From Methanosarcinales archaeon (GTDB lineage: Archaea > Halobacteriota > UBA148 > JAUWXC01): 64,000 nt of DNA. The first letter of the stretch is position 1. Every line of letters starts with the position of its first letter. The DNA is taken from the NCBI GenBank assembly GCA_026016205.1, contig CP061209.1:448433-512432 (forward strand), in the 5' to 3' direction. Shown here one piece after another: positions 31,190 to 41,562 of this stretch. A model generated the notes under the pieces. It was not told where the DNA came from. It worked only from the letters and a program-made list of their open reading frames with translations, and made no database searches. A program made the position numbers and the translations under genes.

Positions 31190-32008
31190 TTGATGATTAA
31201 AGTAGGGATAGTTGGTTGTGGCGCCATCGGCGAGGAGATCTGTAAGGCATTTGACCAGGGCATCGTTAACGCCACTCTAACAGCGCTATCGGATCGCGAC
31301 CTTGTGTCGGCGCAGGAGATGGCCGACTCATTAAAGCACGTGAAACCAAAGGCAATGGCTATTCCTGAATTGATAGATGCCGTGGATTTGGTGGTGGAAT
31401 GTGCATCCCAGTCTGCAGTTAGGGAAGTGGCGATACTGGCGCTTGGCAAGGGCAAAGATGTCATGATCATGAGCATTGGTGCGCTGACCGATGAAGCATT
31501 ATTACACCAGATCAAAGATCTGGCGCATAAAAATGGTTGCAAGGTGTACCTGCCATCCGGCGCTATTGTGGGATTGGATGGATTAAAATCCGCCTCGACA
31601 GCAAAGATTGACTCGGTTACGCTCACTACCAGAAAGCCGCCTACATCGCTCGAGGGTGCGCCGTATATCGTGCAACATAAGATAGACCTGGACGCATTGA
31701 AAAAAGCCACCATCATGTTTGAAGGAAGTGCTGAAGAGGCGGCAAAGGGATTTCCAGCCAATGTAAACGTGGCAGCTACGCTTAGCCTTGCTGGCATAGG
31801 CGCTAAACAGACAAAAGTTCGCATCATAGCAGACCCCGCACTGAAGAGGAACGTTCACGAAATTCACGTGGGAGGGGACTTTGGCAGGTTCGAAACGAGG
31901 GTTGAAAATGTTCCATCACCTAGCAATCCCAAGACGAGTTATCTGGCTGCGCTATCCGCAATCGCCACCTTGAAAAAGATTACAGAGCCAATCCAAATCG
32001 GGACGTGA
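31190..32008 (+). CDS. nadX: L-aspartate dehydrogenase
   Basis: GCGAIG, PSGAIVGLD, FPANVNVAA, NPKTSYLAALS. Confidence 0.93.
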   Translation: MMIKVGIVGCGAIGEEICKAFDQGIVNATLTALSDRDLVSAQEMADSLKHVKPKAMAIPELIDAVDLVVECASQSAVREVAILALGKGKDVMIMSIGALTDEALLHQIKDLAHKNGCKVYLPSGAIVGLDGLKSASTAKIDSVTLTTRKPPTSLEGAPYIVQHKIDLDALKKATIMFEGSAEEAAKGFPANVNVAATLSLAGIGAKQTKVRIIADPALKRNVHEIHVGGDFGRFETRVENVPSPSNPKTSYLAALSAIATLKKITEPIQIGT

Positions 32009-32091
32009 AACCTTTTCCGATGAGAGTTTTTCATATCATCCAGAAACTCTTTAATTCAGCAATATAATTAATATACAATCAAGGAGCGCAG

Positions 32092-32997
32092 ATGTTACAG
32101 GACCGAATAAAGGAATTGAAGGAAGAGAGAAACGCAATCATACTCGCGCACAACTATCAAATAGGCGAGGTGCAGGATATCGCGGACTACAAGGGCGATT
32201 CTCTTGGCCTGAGCCAGAAAGCTGCAAAGAGCGATGCCGATGTAATCGTGTTCTGCGGCGTGGACTTCATGGCTGAAAGCGCCGCTATTTTGTGCCCGGA
32301 TAAAACAGTTCCGCTCCCAGAGTTAGGCGCAAAATGCCCCATGGCAGCAATGATAACAGCAAAATCATTGTGCGCGGAGAAAGAGAAGCATCCAGATGCA
32401 GTGGTGGTGTGCTATGTCAATACCACTGCAGAGGTTAAGGCGGAAAGCGATATATGCTGCACATCTGCGAATGCGATAAAAGTCGTGAATTCGCTGGACG
32501 ACAATGAAATTATCTTCGTTCCTGATAAAAATCTTGCATTATACGTGGCGGCGCACACGGATAAGAAAATTATACCATGGGAGGGGTACTGCCCAAGCCA
32601 CCATTTCATCCTGAGGAGTGACGTTCTCACTATCAAGGCAAGGCGTTCAGAGGCAGAGATACTTGTACACCCGGAGTGCAGACCGGAAGTGATAGAAATG
32701 TCAGATAAAGTACTCAGTACAGATGGCATGATCAAGTATGTGAAGGAGTCAAAGGCAAAGGAGTTCATCATTGGTACCGAGACTGGGATATTGTATCGCC
32801 TGCGCAAGGAAAATCCCGACAAGAGATTTTACCCTGCTTCTGACCGTGCTATCTGCCCTGGTATGAAGGTGAATACGCTAGACACAATAGTGAAGTCACT
32901 GGAGAACATGGAACACAAAATCATTATACCAGAAGACACACGAGTGAGGGCAAAGCAGGCATTGGACAGAATGCTAAAGGTTAGGAGAGATGATTGA
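32092..32997 (+). CDS. nadA: Quinolinate synthase
   Basis: [23 protein letters not shown]. Confidence 0.95.
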   Translation: MLQDRIKELKEERNAIILAHNYQIGEVQDIADYKGDSLGLSQKAAKSDADVIVFCGVDFMAESAAILCPDKTVPLPELGAKCPMAAMITAKSLCAEKEKHPDAVVVCYVNTTAEVKAESDICCTSANAIKVVNSLDDNEIIFVPDKNLALYVAAHTDKKIIPWEGYCPSHHFILRSDVLTIKARRSEAEILVHPECRPEVIEMSDKVLSTDGMIKYVKESKAKEFIIGTETGILYRLRKENPDKRFYPASDRAICPGMKVNTLDTIVKSLENMEHKIIIPEDTRVRAKQALDRMLKVRRDD

Positions 32998-33814
32998 CTA
33001 TTTTCGATTAACAAGACCGCTGAACTGCTTCATGGCTGGCATAGCAGTGGTCGTAGGGTGCCTGGTGGGCGCCGGGAGCGAGATAAACATACATGGAATC
33101 CAAGTAGCGCTTGCATTCGCGGTATGTTTTGTCGTGACTGCAGGTGGCAACACAATCAACGACTTGTACGACGTCAAAATAGATGCGATTAACAAACCAC
33201 ACAGACCCATACCGAGTGGCAGAATTAGCCCAAGAAGTGCTTTCGCATTCGCCATCAGCCTGTTTGGCATTGGTATTGTGTTATCCTACTTCATAAACCC
33301 AATATGCCTTCTCATTGCAGCGGCGAATTCGCTAGTGCTCATGGGCTACGCATATAAACTCAAAAGAACGGTGCTCTGGGGGAATGTTAGCATCGGGTAT
33401 TTGACGGGCTCAACGTTCCTGTTCGGCGGGGCAGCCGTGAACGAGATTGCAATTACCTTTGTGTTATTCATGTTAGCAGCGCTCGCAACCGTGGGCAGAG
33501 AAATCGCCAAGGATGTTGAGGACATGAAAGGTGACAAAAAAGAAGGTCTTATAACGCTACCAATTTCGGTTGGAGTGAAAAAGTCAGCCATAATTGCATC
33601 CGCATTCGCCATGATGGCTGTCGTGTTAAGCCCACTACCGATTGTACTCAGCAATTTTGGGACGTCATATCTGGTAATTGTAACGCTGGCGGATGTAATC
33701 TTATTACTGGGAACCACGATAATTGAGAAACATCCAGCCAAGTCATCATCACTTCTTAAGGTTGGAATGATGGTAGGGCTCTTGGCATTCATCATGGGAG
33801 CGATGATAGGGTGA
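32990..33814 (+). CDS. Digeranylgeranylglyceryl phosphate synthase (UbiA family)
   Basis: [34 protein letters not shown]. Confidence 0.88.
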   Translation: MIDYFRLTRPLNCFMAGIAVVVGCLVGAGSEINIHGIQVALAFAVCFVVTAGGNTINDLYDVKIDAINKPHRPIPSGRISPRSAFAFAISLFGIGIVLSYFINPICLLIAAANSLVLMGYAYKLKRTVLWGNVSIGYLTGSTFLFGGAAVNEIAITFVLFMLAALATVGREIAKDVEDMKGDKKEGLITLPISVGVKKSAIIASAFAMMAVVLSPLPIVLSNFGTSYLVIVTLADVILLLGTTIIEKHPAKSSSLLKVGMMVGLLAFIMGAMIG

Positions 33815-33882
33815 GTTTAAATCCAAACCTATTTTATGGTAGAATGATTTAAGAGTAAAAGGGAGTATGGAGGATAAAGAGC

Positions 33883-34968
33883 ATGAAAACTACAGTAAGC
33901 GTGATCAAGGCAGATGTCGGCAGCATGCCAGGACATGTAAGAGCGCCTCAGGAATTACTGGATGTGTGCGGTGCTGTCCTAGAGAAGGGTAAAAAGGAGA
34001 ATATTTTAATTGACTTTCATGTAGCGCGGTGCGGGGATGATATCGATTTAATCATGACCCATACCAAGGGAGTAAATGCTGAGCCCGTGCACAAGCTCGC
34101 ATGGGATGCATTTGAAGAGGCGACAGCTATCGCCAAGAAGAAGAAGTTTTACGGTGCCGGACAGGATTTGCTGGCAGAGTCATTTTCTGGCAACGTCAGA
34201 GGCCTTGGACCAGGATGTGCCGAGTTCGAGATCGAAGAGCGCAAGAGCGAGCCCATTGTCGTCTTCATGATGGACAAGACCGAACCCGCATCGTTTAACC
34301 TGCCGTTCTACAAGATGTTCGCGGACCCATTCAGTACAGCCGGCCTAGTGCTCGATCCCAGTCTGCATGATGGATTCACATTCAGGGTGTTGAACGTGTA
34401 CACCGATGAAGTGGCCGAACTAAAGGCGCCAGAGGAATTATACGATTTACTCGCGATTATAGGCATCAAAAGCAAGTTCTGCGTTGAATCAGTTGCAAAG
34501 AAAACCGGCGAGCCTGCTGGTGTCATCTCGACGAATAAGTTGAATCTAATCGCAGGCAAGTACGTGGGCAAGGATGACCCTGTGGCGATTGTGAGATGCC
34601 AGAGCGGTTTCCCTGCAGTGGGCGAGGCGATGGAGGCATTCGCGTATCCCTACCTGGTCGCGGGATGGATGAGAGGCAGCCATAACGGGCCCATAATGCC
34701 TGTGTCAGTAAAAGATGCGAATCCCACGAGGTTTGACGGTCCGCCACGAGTGACCGCACTTGGATTCCAGTTGAACGATGGCATGCTGCAGGGCGCTGTT
34801 GACATGTTCGCCGACCCGTCATTTGATAGTGTCAGGGCGAAGGCGAATGAGATAGCAGATTATATGCGCCGCCATGGACCATTCCAACCACACCTACTGG
34901 ATGAAAAGGACCTGGAATACACGACGCTTCCTGCCGTCCTGGAGAAGTTGAAGGACAGATTTAAGTAA
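33883..34968 (+). CDS. fbp: Fructose-1,6-bisphosphate aldolase/phosphatase
   Basis: IKADVG, YGAGQDLL, GKYVGKDDP, GWMRGSH, RFDGPP. Confidence 0.96.
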   Translation: MKTTVSVIKADVGSMPGHVRAPQELLDVCGAVLEKGKKENILIDFHVARCGDDIDLIMTHTKGVNAEPVHKLAWDAFEEATAIAKKKKFYGAGQDLLAESFSGNVRGLGPGCAEFEIEERKSEPIVVFMMDKTEPASFNLPFYKMFADPFSTAGLVLDPSLHDGFTFRVLNVYTDEVAELKAPEELYDLLAIIGIKSKFCVESVAKKTGEPAGVISTNKLNLIAGKYVGKDDPVAIVRCQSGFPAVGEAMEAFAYPYLVAGWMRGSHNGPIMPVSVKDANPTRFDGPPRVTALGFQLNDGMLQGAVDMFADPSFDSVRAKANEIADYMRRHGPFQPHLLDEKDLEYTTLPAVLEKLKDRFK

Positions 34969-35255
34969 TCATACAAGGAGTTTGACTGCGTCTTTACCCT
35001 TCATGCCACGACAATGCCCATCTCTTGGGCTTTTTCGGATGCAGGAACGATGCGCGCGTTCAGCATGTCCTCGAACGTTCTCACGCCAGAGACGATTGCC
35101 ACAGCATCGCCCAGTTTGTTCGCTGTCTCGACTGAAAAATAGCCACAGCCTATGAATCCCTTTTTGCCAACCAGCAAAAGAACGGGTGCATGCACTAACT
35201 CAAGTTTAATTCCCATAATGCACATGCCATCTACATCAATTAATTCAACCATCAT
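34969..35255 (-). pseudogene. YunC/DUF1805 family protein with a 1-nt frameshift near the C-terminus
   Basis: KKGFIGCGYF, GVRTFEDMLNA; family-like tail GMKGKDAVKLLV* lies in the -1 frame after about 35008. Confidence 0.75.
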
Positions 35256-35316
35256 TTTTTTCATATCCTTCAAAAGCTTTATTGGATTTGAAAAGAAATA
35301 CCCTTTGAGGATATAG

Positions 35317-35832
35317 ATGCCAAAGCGAACTCGAGTTATAAATGACCCTGCTGATTTGGTTCCACTGTTGCGAATGTTCAGCTCAGGTACATATAAAAAA
35401 GCGCTCCACGAACTTTCGACTGACTGGACGACAGAGCAAGAACTTGAAAAATTAATCGGAAGCGATGCTGGAAAGAGCATTGAAGCGCTCCAAAAATGCG
35501 GATTGGTGGAAAGCCAGTGGAGAATGCCAGAGCCTGGCAAGACACCTGATAAAGAATTTCACGCCTCTTACTCAAGAGTGCAGGTCAATTTTCAATGCGG
35601 GTTAGACGATTTGAGCGATTTAATTATGATAGCATCCGCCCACGAAGACAGCCTTCAAGAAACAACTGAGAAGATTCTAGATGAAGTAAAGAGTGGAAAC
35701 ACCTCCTTGACCGGATTATGCAGGGTGTTGAACAGGGAGGCTTTATTTATCAAGGGAGTGGCAAAGCGATCTAATGAGTTAGCCGTCAGGGGTCAAAGGA
35801 TCGAACTCGCCGAGGAGAGACGAGTCGCTTAA
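35317..35832 (+). CDS. Archaeal ArsR-like wHTH regulator
   Basis: INDPADLVPLL, ESQWRMPEPGKTPDKEFH. Confidence 0.8.
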   Translation: MPKRTRVINDPADLVPLLRMFSSGTYKKALHELSTDWTTEQELEKLIGSDAGKSIEALQKCGLVESQWRMPEPGKTPDKEFHASYSRVQVNFQCGLDDLSDLIMIASAHEDSLQETTEKILDEVKSGNTSLTGLCRVLNREALFIKGVAKRSNELAVRGQRIELAEERRVA

Positions 35833-35926
35833 CGCTGAGATGCGAAAAAAGTGAGGTTGGCGTTAATCAACGAAAGGATGATAAAGTTATAGTGATGCCA
35901 TACGGAAATTTAACGCTGCTTATTGC

Positions 35927-36484
35927 TTAAAGCGATTTTATCCGTTCGTTCGCTCTCTTTTCAACTTCTGCATACAAATCGTTTCCATGTGCATCAATTC
36001 CCACGATGAGCGGCCCAAACTGCTTTACTTCAAAAACCCATATCGCCTCAGGCATTCCGAGATCGAACCAATGAACTTCCTTGACACGTTTAATCTGGTC
36101 GGTTGCGATGGCGGCACACCCCCCGGGATATGCCAGATAGATGCACTTTTCATACAGCGCACCCACAACACCATTCATCCCGCCTTTGCCGATGATGGCC
36201 CTGATGCCATATTTTTCCAATAACTCCGGCGTCATCTTGCTCATCCTAGCACTGGTCGTTGGTCCTACGGCAATCGGACTCCATTCCTTATTTTTTCTCA
36301 TCAGCGGCCCACAGTGAAAGATGGCTGCACCGCTCAAATCAAATGGAATTTTCTCTGAAGACAACAATCGCTCATGTGCCGTGTCCCTAGCAGTGAGGAT
36401 GATACCATCTAGGTACACCACGTCTCCTGCCCTTGGCTTTATTATGTCGGCCTTACTCAGCGGCGTTTTCAGCGTGTATTCCAT
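35927..36484 (-). CDS. Fe-S fumarate/tartrate hydratase beta subunit
   Basis: TARDTAH, GPTTSARM, IGKGGM, LGMPEA. Confidence 0.92.
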   Translation of the reverse strand: MEYTLKTPLSKADIIKPRAGDVVYLDGIILTARDTAHERLLSSEKIPFDLSGAAIFHCGPLMRKNKEWSPIAVGPTTSARMSKMTPELLEKYGIRAIIGKGGMNGVVGALYEKCIYLAYPGGCAAIATDQIKRVKEVHWFDLGMPEAIWVFEVKQFGPLIVGIDAHGNDLYAEVEKRANERIKSL

Positions 36485-36485
36485 C

Positions 36486-37328
36486 TCATCCCTCCAGCGT
36501 GACTGATGCTCTCCTGGCAGCCCAGCACTGGAAGTTTATCGCTACTGGCAATGATGCGACATGACAGTGCGCATATTCTATATTCACCTTCAACGCAGTA
36601 GTGTCTCCCCCAAGACCCATGGGGCCTATGCCAAGCGAGTTGATTGTCTCCAATAATTCCTGCTCGAGTTCATCTGATGGTTTATCCAAACGTCTAAGCG
36701 CAGCTTTCTTGGCAAGTCTTGCAGATTTGTCAAACGTGCCACCGATTCCTACACCCACGATGATTGGCGGACATGGCTTGCCACCCGCATTTTTTACGGT
36801 CTCGATGATGAAGTGCTTTACATCGTCCACTTCTGATGGCGTAAACATCCGCAACACAGACATGTTTTCCGCGCCGCCCCCTTTCGGCATCACGGTAATT
36901 TTGATGTTCTTCCCAGGAACAAAATCAAAGTTCACATCCGGGAAACCCACACCAACATTTCCAGAGTTTTTCCTAGTGAGAGGATGCACAGCATTTGGCC
37001 TGAGCGGTATTTCCTCTGTTGCCCTGGCTACGCCCTTCCTGATTGCTTCCTCTAGGTCGAAGTTTATCATTGCCTCGCGCCCGACCTCAACGAAAAAAAT
37101 GGGAACGCCAGTATCCTGGCACATGGGAATGCTGTTCTCCCTCGCGAAATCCGCATTTTTTATGATTGCGCTTAGCTGCGTTCTCGCAATGGGATTGCTT
37201 TCTCTGTCCCTTGCAGATTTCAGCGTAGCAAGTACGTCATCCGGCAGCTCTATTTCTGCCTGACGAAGCAATTGCACAACCGCAGTTATAACTTGATCCT
37301 TAGTTATCACGCCGCTCACAGCTTTCAA
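36486..37328 (-). CDS. Fe-S fumarate/tartrate hydratase alpha subunit
   Basis: CQDTG, PKGGGAEN, KPCPP, GIGPMGLGG, CWAARR. Confidence 0.92.
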   Translation of the reverse strand: MKAVSGVITKDQVITAVVQLLRQAEIELPDDVLATLKSARDRESNPIARTQLSAIIKNADFARENSIPMCQDTGVPIFFVEVGREAMINFDLEEAIRKGVARATEEIPLRPNAVHPLTRKNSGNVGVGFPDVNFDFVPGKNIKITVMPKGGGAENMSVLRMFTPSEVDDVKHFIIETVKNAGGKPCPPIIVGVGIGGTFDKSARLAKKAALRRLDKPSDELEQELLETINSLGIGPMGLGGDTTALKVNIEYAHCHVASLPVAINFQCWAARRASVTLEG

Positions 37329-37445
37329 TTAGGAGACGATGTAATAAAAGGTTTCTTCGATTATTCTGCGCTGACGTATGTATAATTATATATCCGAGTG
37401 AAAATGTAATAAATAACATAAGTCCTCACAAAGGATGTGTATAAC

Positions 37446-38468
37446 ATGAAATTTAAGATTGGAGCCGTTTTGGTTTTGGTGATGTTGCTAGCGATGCCGA
37501 TGATGGCAAGTGCTGTAGAGCCAACTATAACACCAACCCCTCCACCTATACCTCTGCCAGATTTAACGGTGACGGACATCACTTGGAGCCCAGAAAACCC
37601 AAAGGTTGGTGAAGGATTCAAAGTAGCACCAGTATTTAAAAACATTGGCAATGAGACTATATCAACTAATTTTGTATATGCTACTTTAATAGATGGAAAA
37701 TTACGAAGTGAGGGTGTAGTCTATCAAGTTCCATATGGATATCAAATTACACTTGCTCCAGGAGAAACTGTGGCACCAACTCCACAAACAGAATATATTT
37801 TTAGTGCAGGGGCACATGAGATTTCAATAGAAGTTGACTCACATTATACTGGTTTTGAGTATGACATCTATGAATCAAATGAGGATAACAATAAACTGAC
37901 AAAAACGATTTATGTTGTTCCAACTCCTACACCAACAGTAAGCCCTGTCCCACCCCCGACTCCGACGCCAACAGCGACTCCAACACCCATTCCAACTGTA
38001 ATTCCTACAGTAACCCCTACAACAGTAACCCCTATACCGACGCCCACGCCTACCCCGAAACCAACGATATCACCAACTCCAAGACCTAGAGGAGACTTCT
38101 CCATAACAATCGATCCCAAGTATGCGAATGTCAGCTCTAGGGCTGGTGACTCGGTTACCTACACAATCACCATATCAGCTTGGGATGAATTCGATTCGCC
38201 GATTAAAGGTAGCTTGACGGTGACGGGTCCAGGGTTTAACGAGATGTATGCACTTCCAACGCAATTTCCGCCGTATCCAAAGGCGTACACATACACCATA
38301 GACATTCCCTCGGGAACTCCACCAGGCACTTATATGGGGACGATAACCGCGACTGGAGGGGGCATAACACGCACCGATTCCACAACGCTTGAAGTACCCG
38401 GGTTTGAGGCTGTGTTCGCAATTGCTGGACTATTGGCAGTCGCATATCTAATCGGGCGAAAGGAATAG
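37446..38468 (+). CDS. Surface protein with CARDB domain, Pro/Thr linker and PGF-CTERM
   Basis: Signal peptide, PDLTVTDI...[31 protein letters not shown]. Confidence 0.88.
   Translation: MKFKIGAVLVLVMLLAMPMMASAVEPTITPTPPPIPLPDLTVTDITWSPENPKVGEGFKVAPVFKNIGNETISTNFVYATLIDGKLRSEGVVYQVPYGYQITLAPGETVAPTPQTEYIFSAGAHEISIEVDSHYTGFEYDIYESNEDNNKLTKTIYVVPTPTPTVSPVPPPTPTPTATPTPIPTVIPTVTPTTVTPIPTPTPTPKPTISPTPRPRGDFSITIDPKYANVSSRAGDSVTYTITISAWDEFDSPIKGSLTVTGPGFNEMYALPTQFPPYPKAYTYTIDIPSGTPPGTYMGTITATGGGITRTDSTTLEVPGFEAVFAIAGLLAVAYLIGRKE
37920..38085 (+). repeat. Low-complexity PT-repeat linker (coding)
   Basis: PTPTPT runs with degenerate codons. Confidence 0.8.
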
Positions 38469-38508
38469 AACGGAAAGCTTAATTATTACCAAAGATGAAT
38501 GCACCCTG

Positions 38509-39219
38509 ATGAGTCTAAAAACGGTCTTCTTTGACGCATATGGAACACTGCTTGAGTTGGAGAATTACTACCATGACCTTTCAGCGCAGGTATTGGATGG
38601 AGTAGGGTGCGGCATAAACCAACACCACTTCTGGGAGGCGTGGAATGATGAGTTTAACGCTATCATCTTTAACATCATTGAAGGGCAGCGCCCGTTTATG
38701 AACACCAGAACGACGTATAGGGTTAGTTTGGAAAACGCACTTCTCAGGTACGGCGTCTCGGTAAGCGATAAGCAACTGGATGAACTTAATAAAATGTGCA
38801 AAACCCTCCTGGACCAGCGATGCACGATATTGCCATCTACCAGGGGGGTAATTGAGGCGCTAAAACGCAAAGGTGTGAAAATCGGCCTGATTTCCAACGG
38901 CGACAATGATGAATTATCGCATCATTTAGGGGACTTGGCAGGACTTTTCGACGCGACGACCATCTCTGAAAGCGTCAGGGCGTACAAACCCGATGCAAAA
39001 ATATTCCAGGCTGCGCTTAATGGGCTGGAAACCAACCCAACGGAGGCATTGTTTATAGGCGACAATCTTAGAGTCGATGTAAATGGAGCGAATAAAGCGG
39101 GAATTCGCTCGGTATGGTATAATAAAGATGGCAAGCATTCAGCAGATGGCATCAAGCCACACTTCACCATAACCAGCATGAACGAGGTCCTGGAAATCGT
39201 GAAGTTATTATATCGTTAA
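38509..39219 (+). CDS. HAD family hydrolase
   Basis: FDAYGTL, ISN, KPD, IGDNLRVDV. Confidence 0.9.
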   Translation: MSLKTVFFDAYGTLLELENYYHDLSAQVLDGVGCGINQHHFWEAWNDEFNAIIFNIIEGQRPFMNTRTTYRVSLENALLRYGVSVSDKQLDELNKMCKTLLDQRCTILPSTRGVIEALKRKGVKIGLISNGDNDELSHHLGDLAGLFDATTISESVRAYKPDAKIFQAALNGLETNPTEALFIGDNLRVDVNGANKAGIRSVWYNKDGKHSADGIKPHFTITSMNEVLEIVKLLYR

Positions 39220-39234
39220 CGTAATTTTTAGAGC

Positions 39235-39921
39235 TTAACCAAAAAATGATAGTATCACGGCCAGCAATACCGTGATATATATTGCTTCAAAACTGCCCAC
39301 TCCACCAAGATTGAGAAAAGCGCTACCTTCCTCTATCGGATAAAGCAACGTCATCATCCCAATCAAAATGCCCAAAACGCCGCCGACGAGGATTACGGAC
39401 CCCACGTTTCCGGGTGCCAGTATGAGCGCAAAGGGAATGGAAATGAGCACGACATAACTCGGCACGATGATGCCTACCCCGGCCTCTAATCTAGAGAGAA
39501 AATGCGTGGATAGTATCATAATCAACGCAACCGACAGCGTCTCAAGGAAAGGCGCGAGAGACACAACATAAAACGCCAGCAACAGGGGAAGGACAAAGCC
39601 GCCGATGTTAAGCGTAATCTTGGTGTTATATACGGATGGGCTGCCGGTGCTCAGTTCCTCCTCTACTGGCACGGAATACAGTTCGCCAAGCAACCTTGCC
39701 TCGCCACCTGTATAATTTGGCTTTCTCGTTTTCAGCCTAAACACAGGAATCTCCAAAACGCTGAACACCAGCATTGCGACAAGCAGTACGAATAATAAAT
39801 ACGAATCAAGACCCAGCGCAGACCCAATTTCCCCGGTATAACATAGATAAAGGAGTGGCGGCAAAATAAACCCAAATGGCACAAGTACCTTCAGATTCGG
39901 CTCATTCACAATACCTCTCAT
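39235..39921 (-). CDS. DUF1614-like membrane protein
   Basis: TLNIGGFVLP, multiple TMs, LGGVGSFEAIY. Confidence 0.7.
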   Translation of the reverse strand: MRGIVNEPNLKVLVPFGFILPPLLYLCYTGEIGSALGLDSYLLFVLLVAMLVFSVLEIPVFRLKTRKPNYTGGEARLLGELYSVPVEEELSTGSPSVYNTKITLNIGGFVLPLLLAFYVVSLAPFLETLSVALIMILSTHFLSRLEAGVGIIVPSYVVLISIPFALILAPGNVGSVILVGGVLGILIGMMTLLYPIEEGSAFLNLGGVGSFEAIYITVLLAVILSFFG

Positions 39922-39968
39922 GAGACCACCATTGCATTATTCACCCACTCTATTACTTAACGATTGTG

Positions 39969-40496
39969 TTATAACCCAAATCCCCGCAGACCTTTCCATT
40001 CCCGCCTTTTCTTTTCAAGATATGAGTACACGGTGCCGTGAGGGGCACCCTCGATTAGCATTTCAATCGCCTTTCGCGCCACTTGCACACAAGTGATATC
40101 ACCTATCATGCCGACTGTTTTTCCATAAATAGATACGTTCACGTCAAGCAAACTCTCGATTAGCTCCCGTGTCCTGCCGTTCTTTCCGATAATTCTCCCC
40201 TTTACCCTCTTCATGTCCTTCTGCGTCATGTCGGATAAATCGATTAAATCAAGCACAAGCGCCTCATCATCGAACAATCGTAACGCATGTTCCGGGCTAA
40301 ACCCTCTGCCAATAGCTTTGACCACATCGCCCGCCCTCATTACATCCAGGGAATTTGGAGAATCAATTGTAACGCTTCCGCTTGCGCTGTCAATCCTAAG
40401 CGTGGCACCAGACCGTTTCTCTATCTGCCTTTTAGTGCTCCCATCAACGCCAATCAACACGGCAACTCTCTCGCTGGGAATCTTAATGTGAATCAT
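39969..40496 (-). CDS. KH-domain pre-rRNA processing protein (Dim2/Pno1)
   Basis: Two KH domains, AIGRGFSPE, GRIIGKNG. Confidence 0.9.
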   Translation of the reverse strand: MIHIKIPSERVAVLIGVDGSTKRQIEKRSGATLRIDSASGSVTIDSPNSLDVMRAGDVVKAIGRGFSPEHALRLFDDEALVLDLIDLSDMTQKDMKRVKGRIIGKNGRTRELIESLLDVNVSIYGKTVGMIGDITCVQVARKAIEMLIEGAPHGTVYSYLEKKRREWKGLRGFGL

Positions 40497-41253
40497 TTTG
40501 ACCACCCTTGATTCTTGCAATTACCCCTTCTTCCGAACATTCCACGCCCAGTTTTTTGAAAAACCTGACGACATTTTTTACATCTCTGTGAAAGAACGCT
40601 TCAGCATTAGGGTGCTCTCTGCTAACAGCTTGCCCCATATCGATAAACATGGGGCCATCATGATATAGGATGTTGTACTCGCTCAGGTCAGCATGAACCA
40701 GTTTTGCCTTATTATAAAGAAGTTTCATATTATCCACCACCGCATCGAACTCTTTCTGGGCATCAATCTCATGCGCAATCTCCTGCAGCAATGGTGCCCT
40801 AACGCCATCTTTTCCAATGAACTCCATCACCAAGATGTTACGCCTCACGGCAATTGGCACTGGAACTCTTACGCCCGCTTCATGCGCCACCGCTAAATTC
40901 CGCAGTTCCTTTTTAGCCCATGCAAGCACTACATCCTTTTTATTTTTTAGGATGCCTTTAAACCGTGGGTCTCCGATTATGTAATCCTGCATTGTATTGA
41001 AGTCGCTAGTAGCGATTCGATATATCTTCACGGCCACCTCGCCCTCGGAGCCAATAGCATGAAAAACATGTGCCTCCTTCCCCGTACTCACGGCACCGCC
41101 CATGGCAAGAATGACCTTCTTGTTAGAAAGATGGTAAAGCGCCTTAAGCGTTGGAACATCAAGCACCCTGCCCCAGATTTTTAGGTCCTCTGAGTCCTTC
41201 AGCCTTTTAGGTAACCGCCCAAGTTCCCTATCGATGCGCTCTTCTTCCTTCAT
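40483..41253 (-). CDS. rio1: RIO1 kinase
   Basis: STGKEA, VKIYR, HADLSEYN, IDMGQ. Confidence 0.93.
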   Translation of the reverse strand: MKEEERIDRELGRLPKRLKDSEDLKIWGRVLDVPTLKALYHLSNKKVILAMGGAVSTGKEAHVFHAIGSEGEVAVKIYRIATSDFNTMQDYIIGDPRFKGILKNKKDVVLAWAKKELRNLAVAHEAGVRVPVPIAVRRNILVMEFIGKDGVRAPLLQEIAHEIDAQKEFDAVVDNMKLLYNKAKLVHADLSEYNILYHDGPMFIDMGQAVSREHPNAEAFFHRDVKNVVRFFKKLGVECSEEGVIARIKGGQNDSH

Positions 41254-41259
41254 TATGCC

Positions 41260-41562
41260 CTACAAAAAGCCTTTACGCTGCAACCAGCCCACTTGCGGAG
41301 AAGTATATCTCCAGATCACATCTGACTTCTCATCCTGAAAGCTCCAGGGCACGACGATTACAACGTCGCCTTCGCGTATCCAAATTCGTTTTTTCATCTT
41401 GCCTGGTATTCGTGCAAGCCTGACTTTTCCATCCATACATCGTACTTTTAGCCTATTGGCGCCAAGCAGCCCCTCTACAATTCCCAGTACTTCCCTGTCT
41501 CGCTCCCGCGGAACCCTGACGCGCACTACCTCTTCGTTCCCAGTCTTATGCTTCCTATTCAG
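41260..41562 (-). CDS. eif1a: Translation initiation factor aIF-1A (probable CTG start at 41562; first GTG at 41526)
   Basis: [26 protein letters not shown]. Confidence 0.93.
   Translation of the reverse strand: MNRKHKTGNEEVVRVRVPRERDREVLGIVEGLLGANRLKVRCMDGKVRLARIPGKMKKRIWIREGDVVIVVPWSFQDEKSDVIWRYTSPQVGWLQRKGFL

Noticed and set aside
35256..35540. N-terminal extension of the 179-aa ORF 35001-35540
   Set aside because: Overlaps the ArsR-like gene on the other strand; YunC similarity starts at 35255
37920..38085. DNA tandem repeat array
   Set aside because: Explained by a Pro/Thr linker with varied codons
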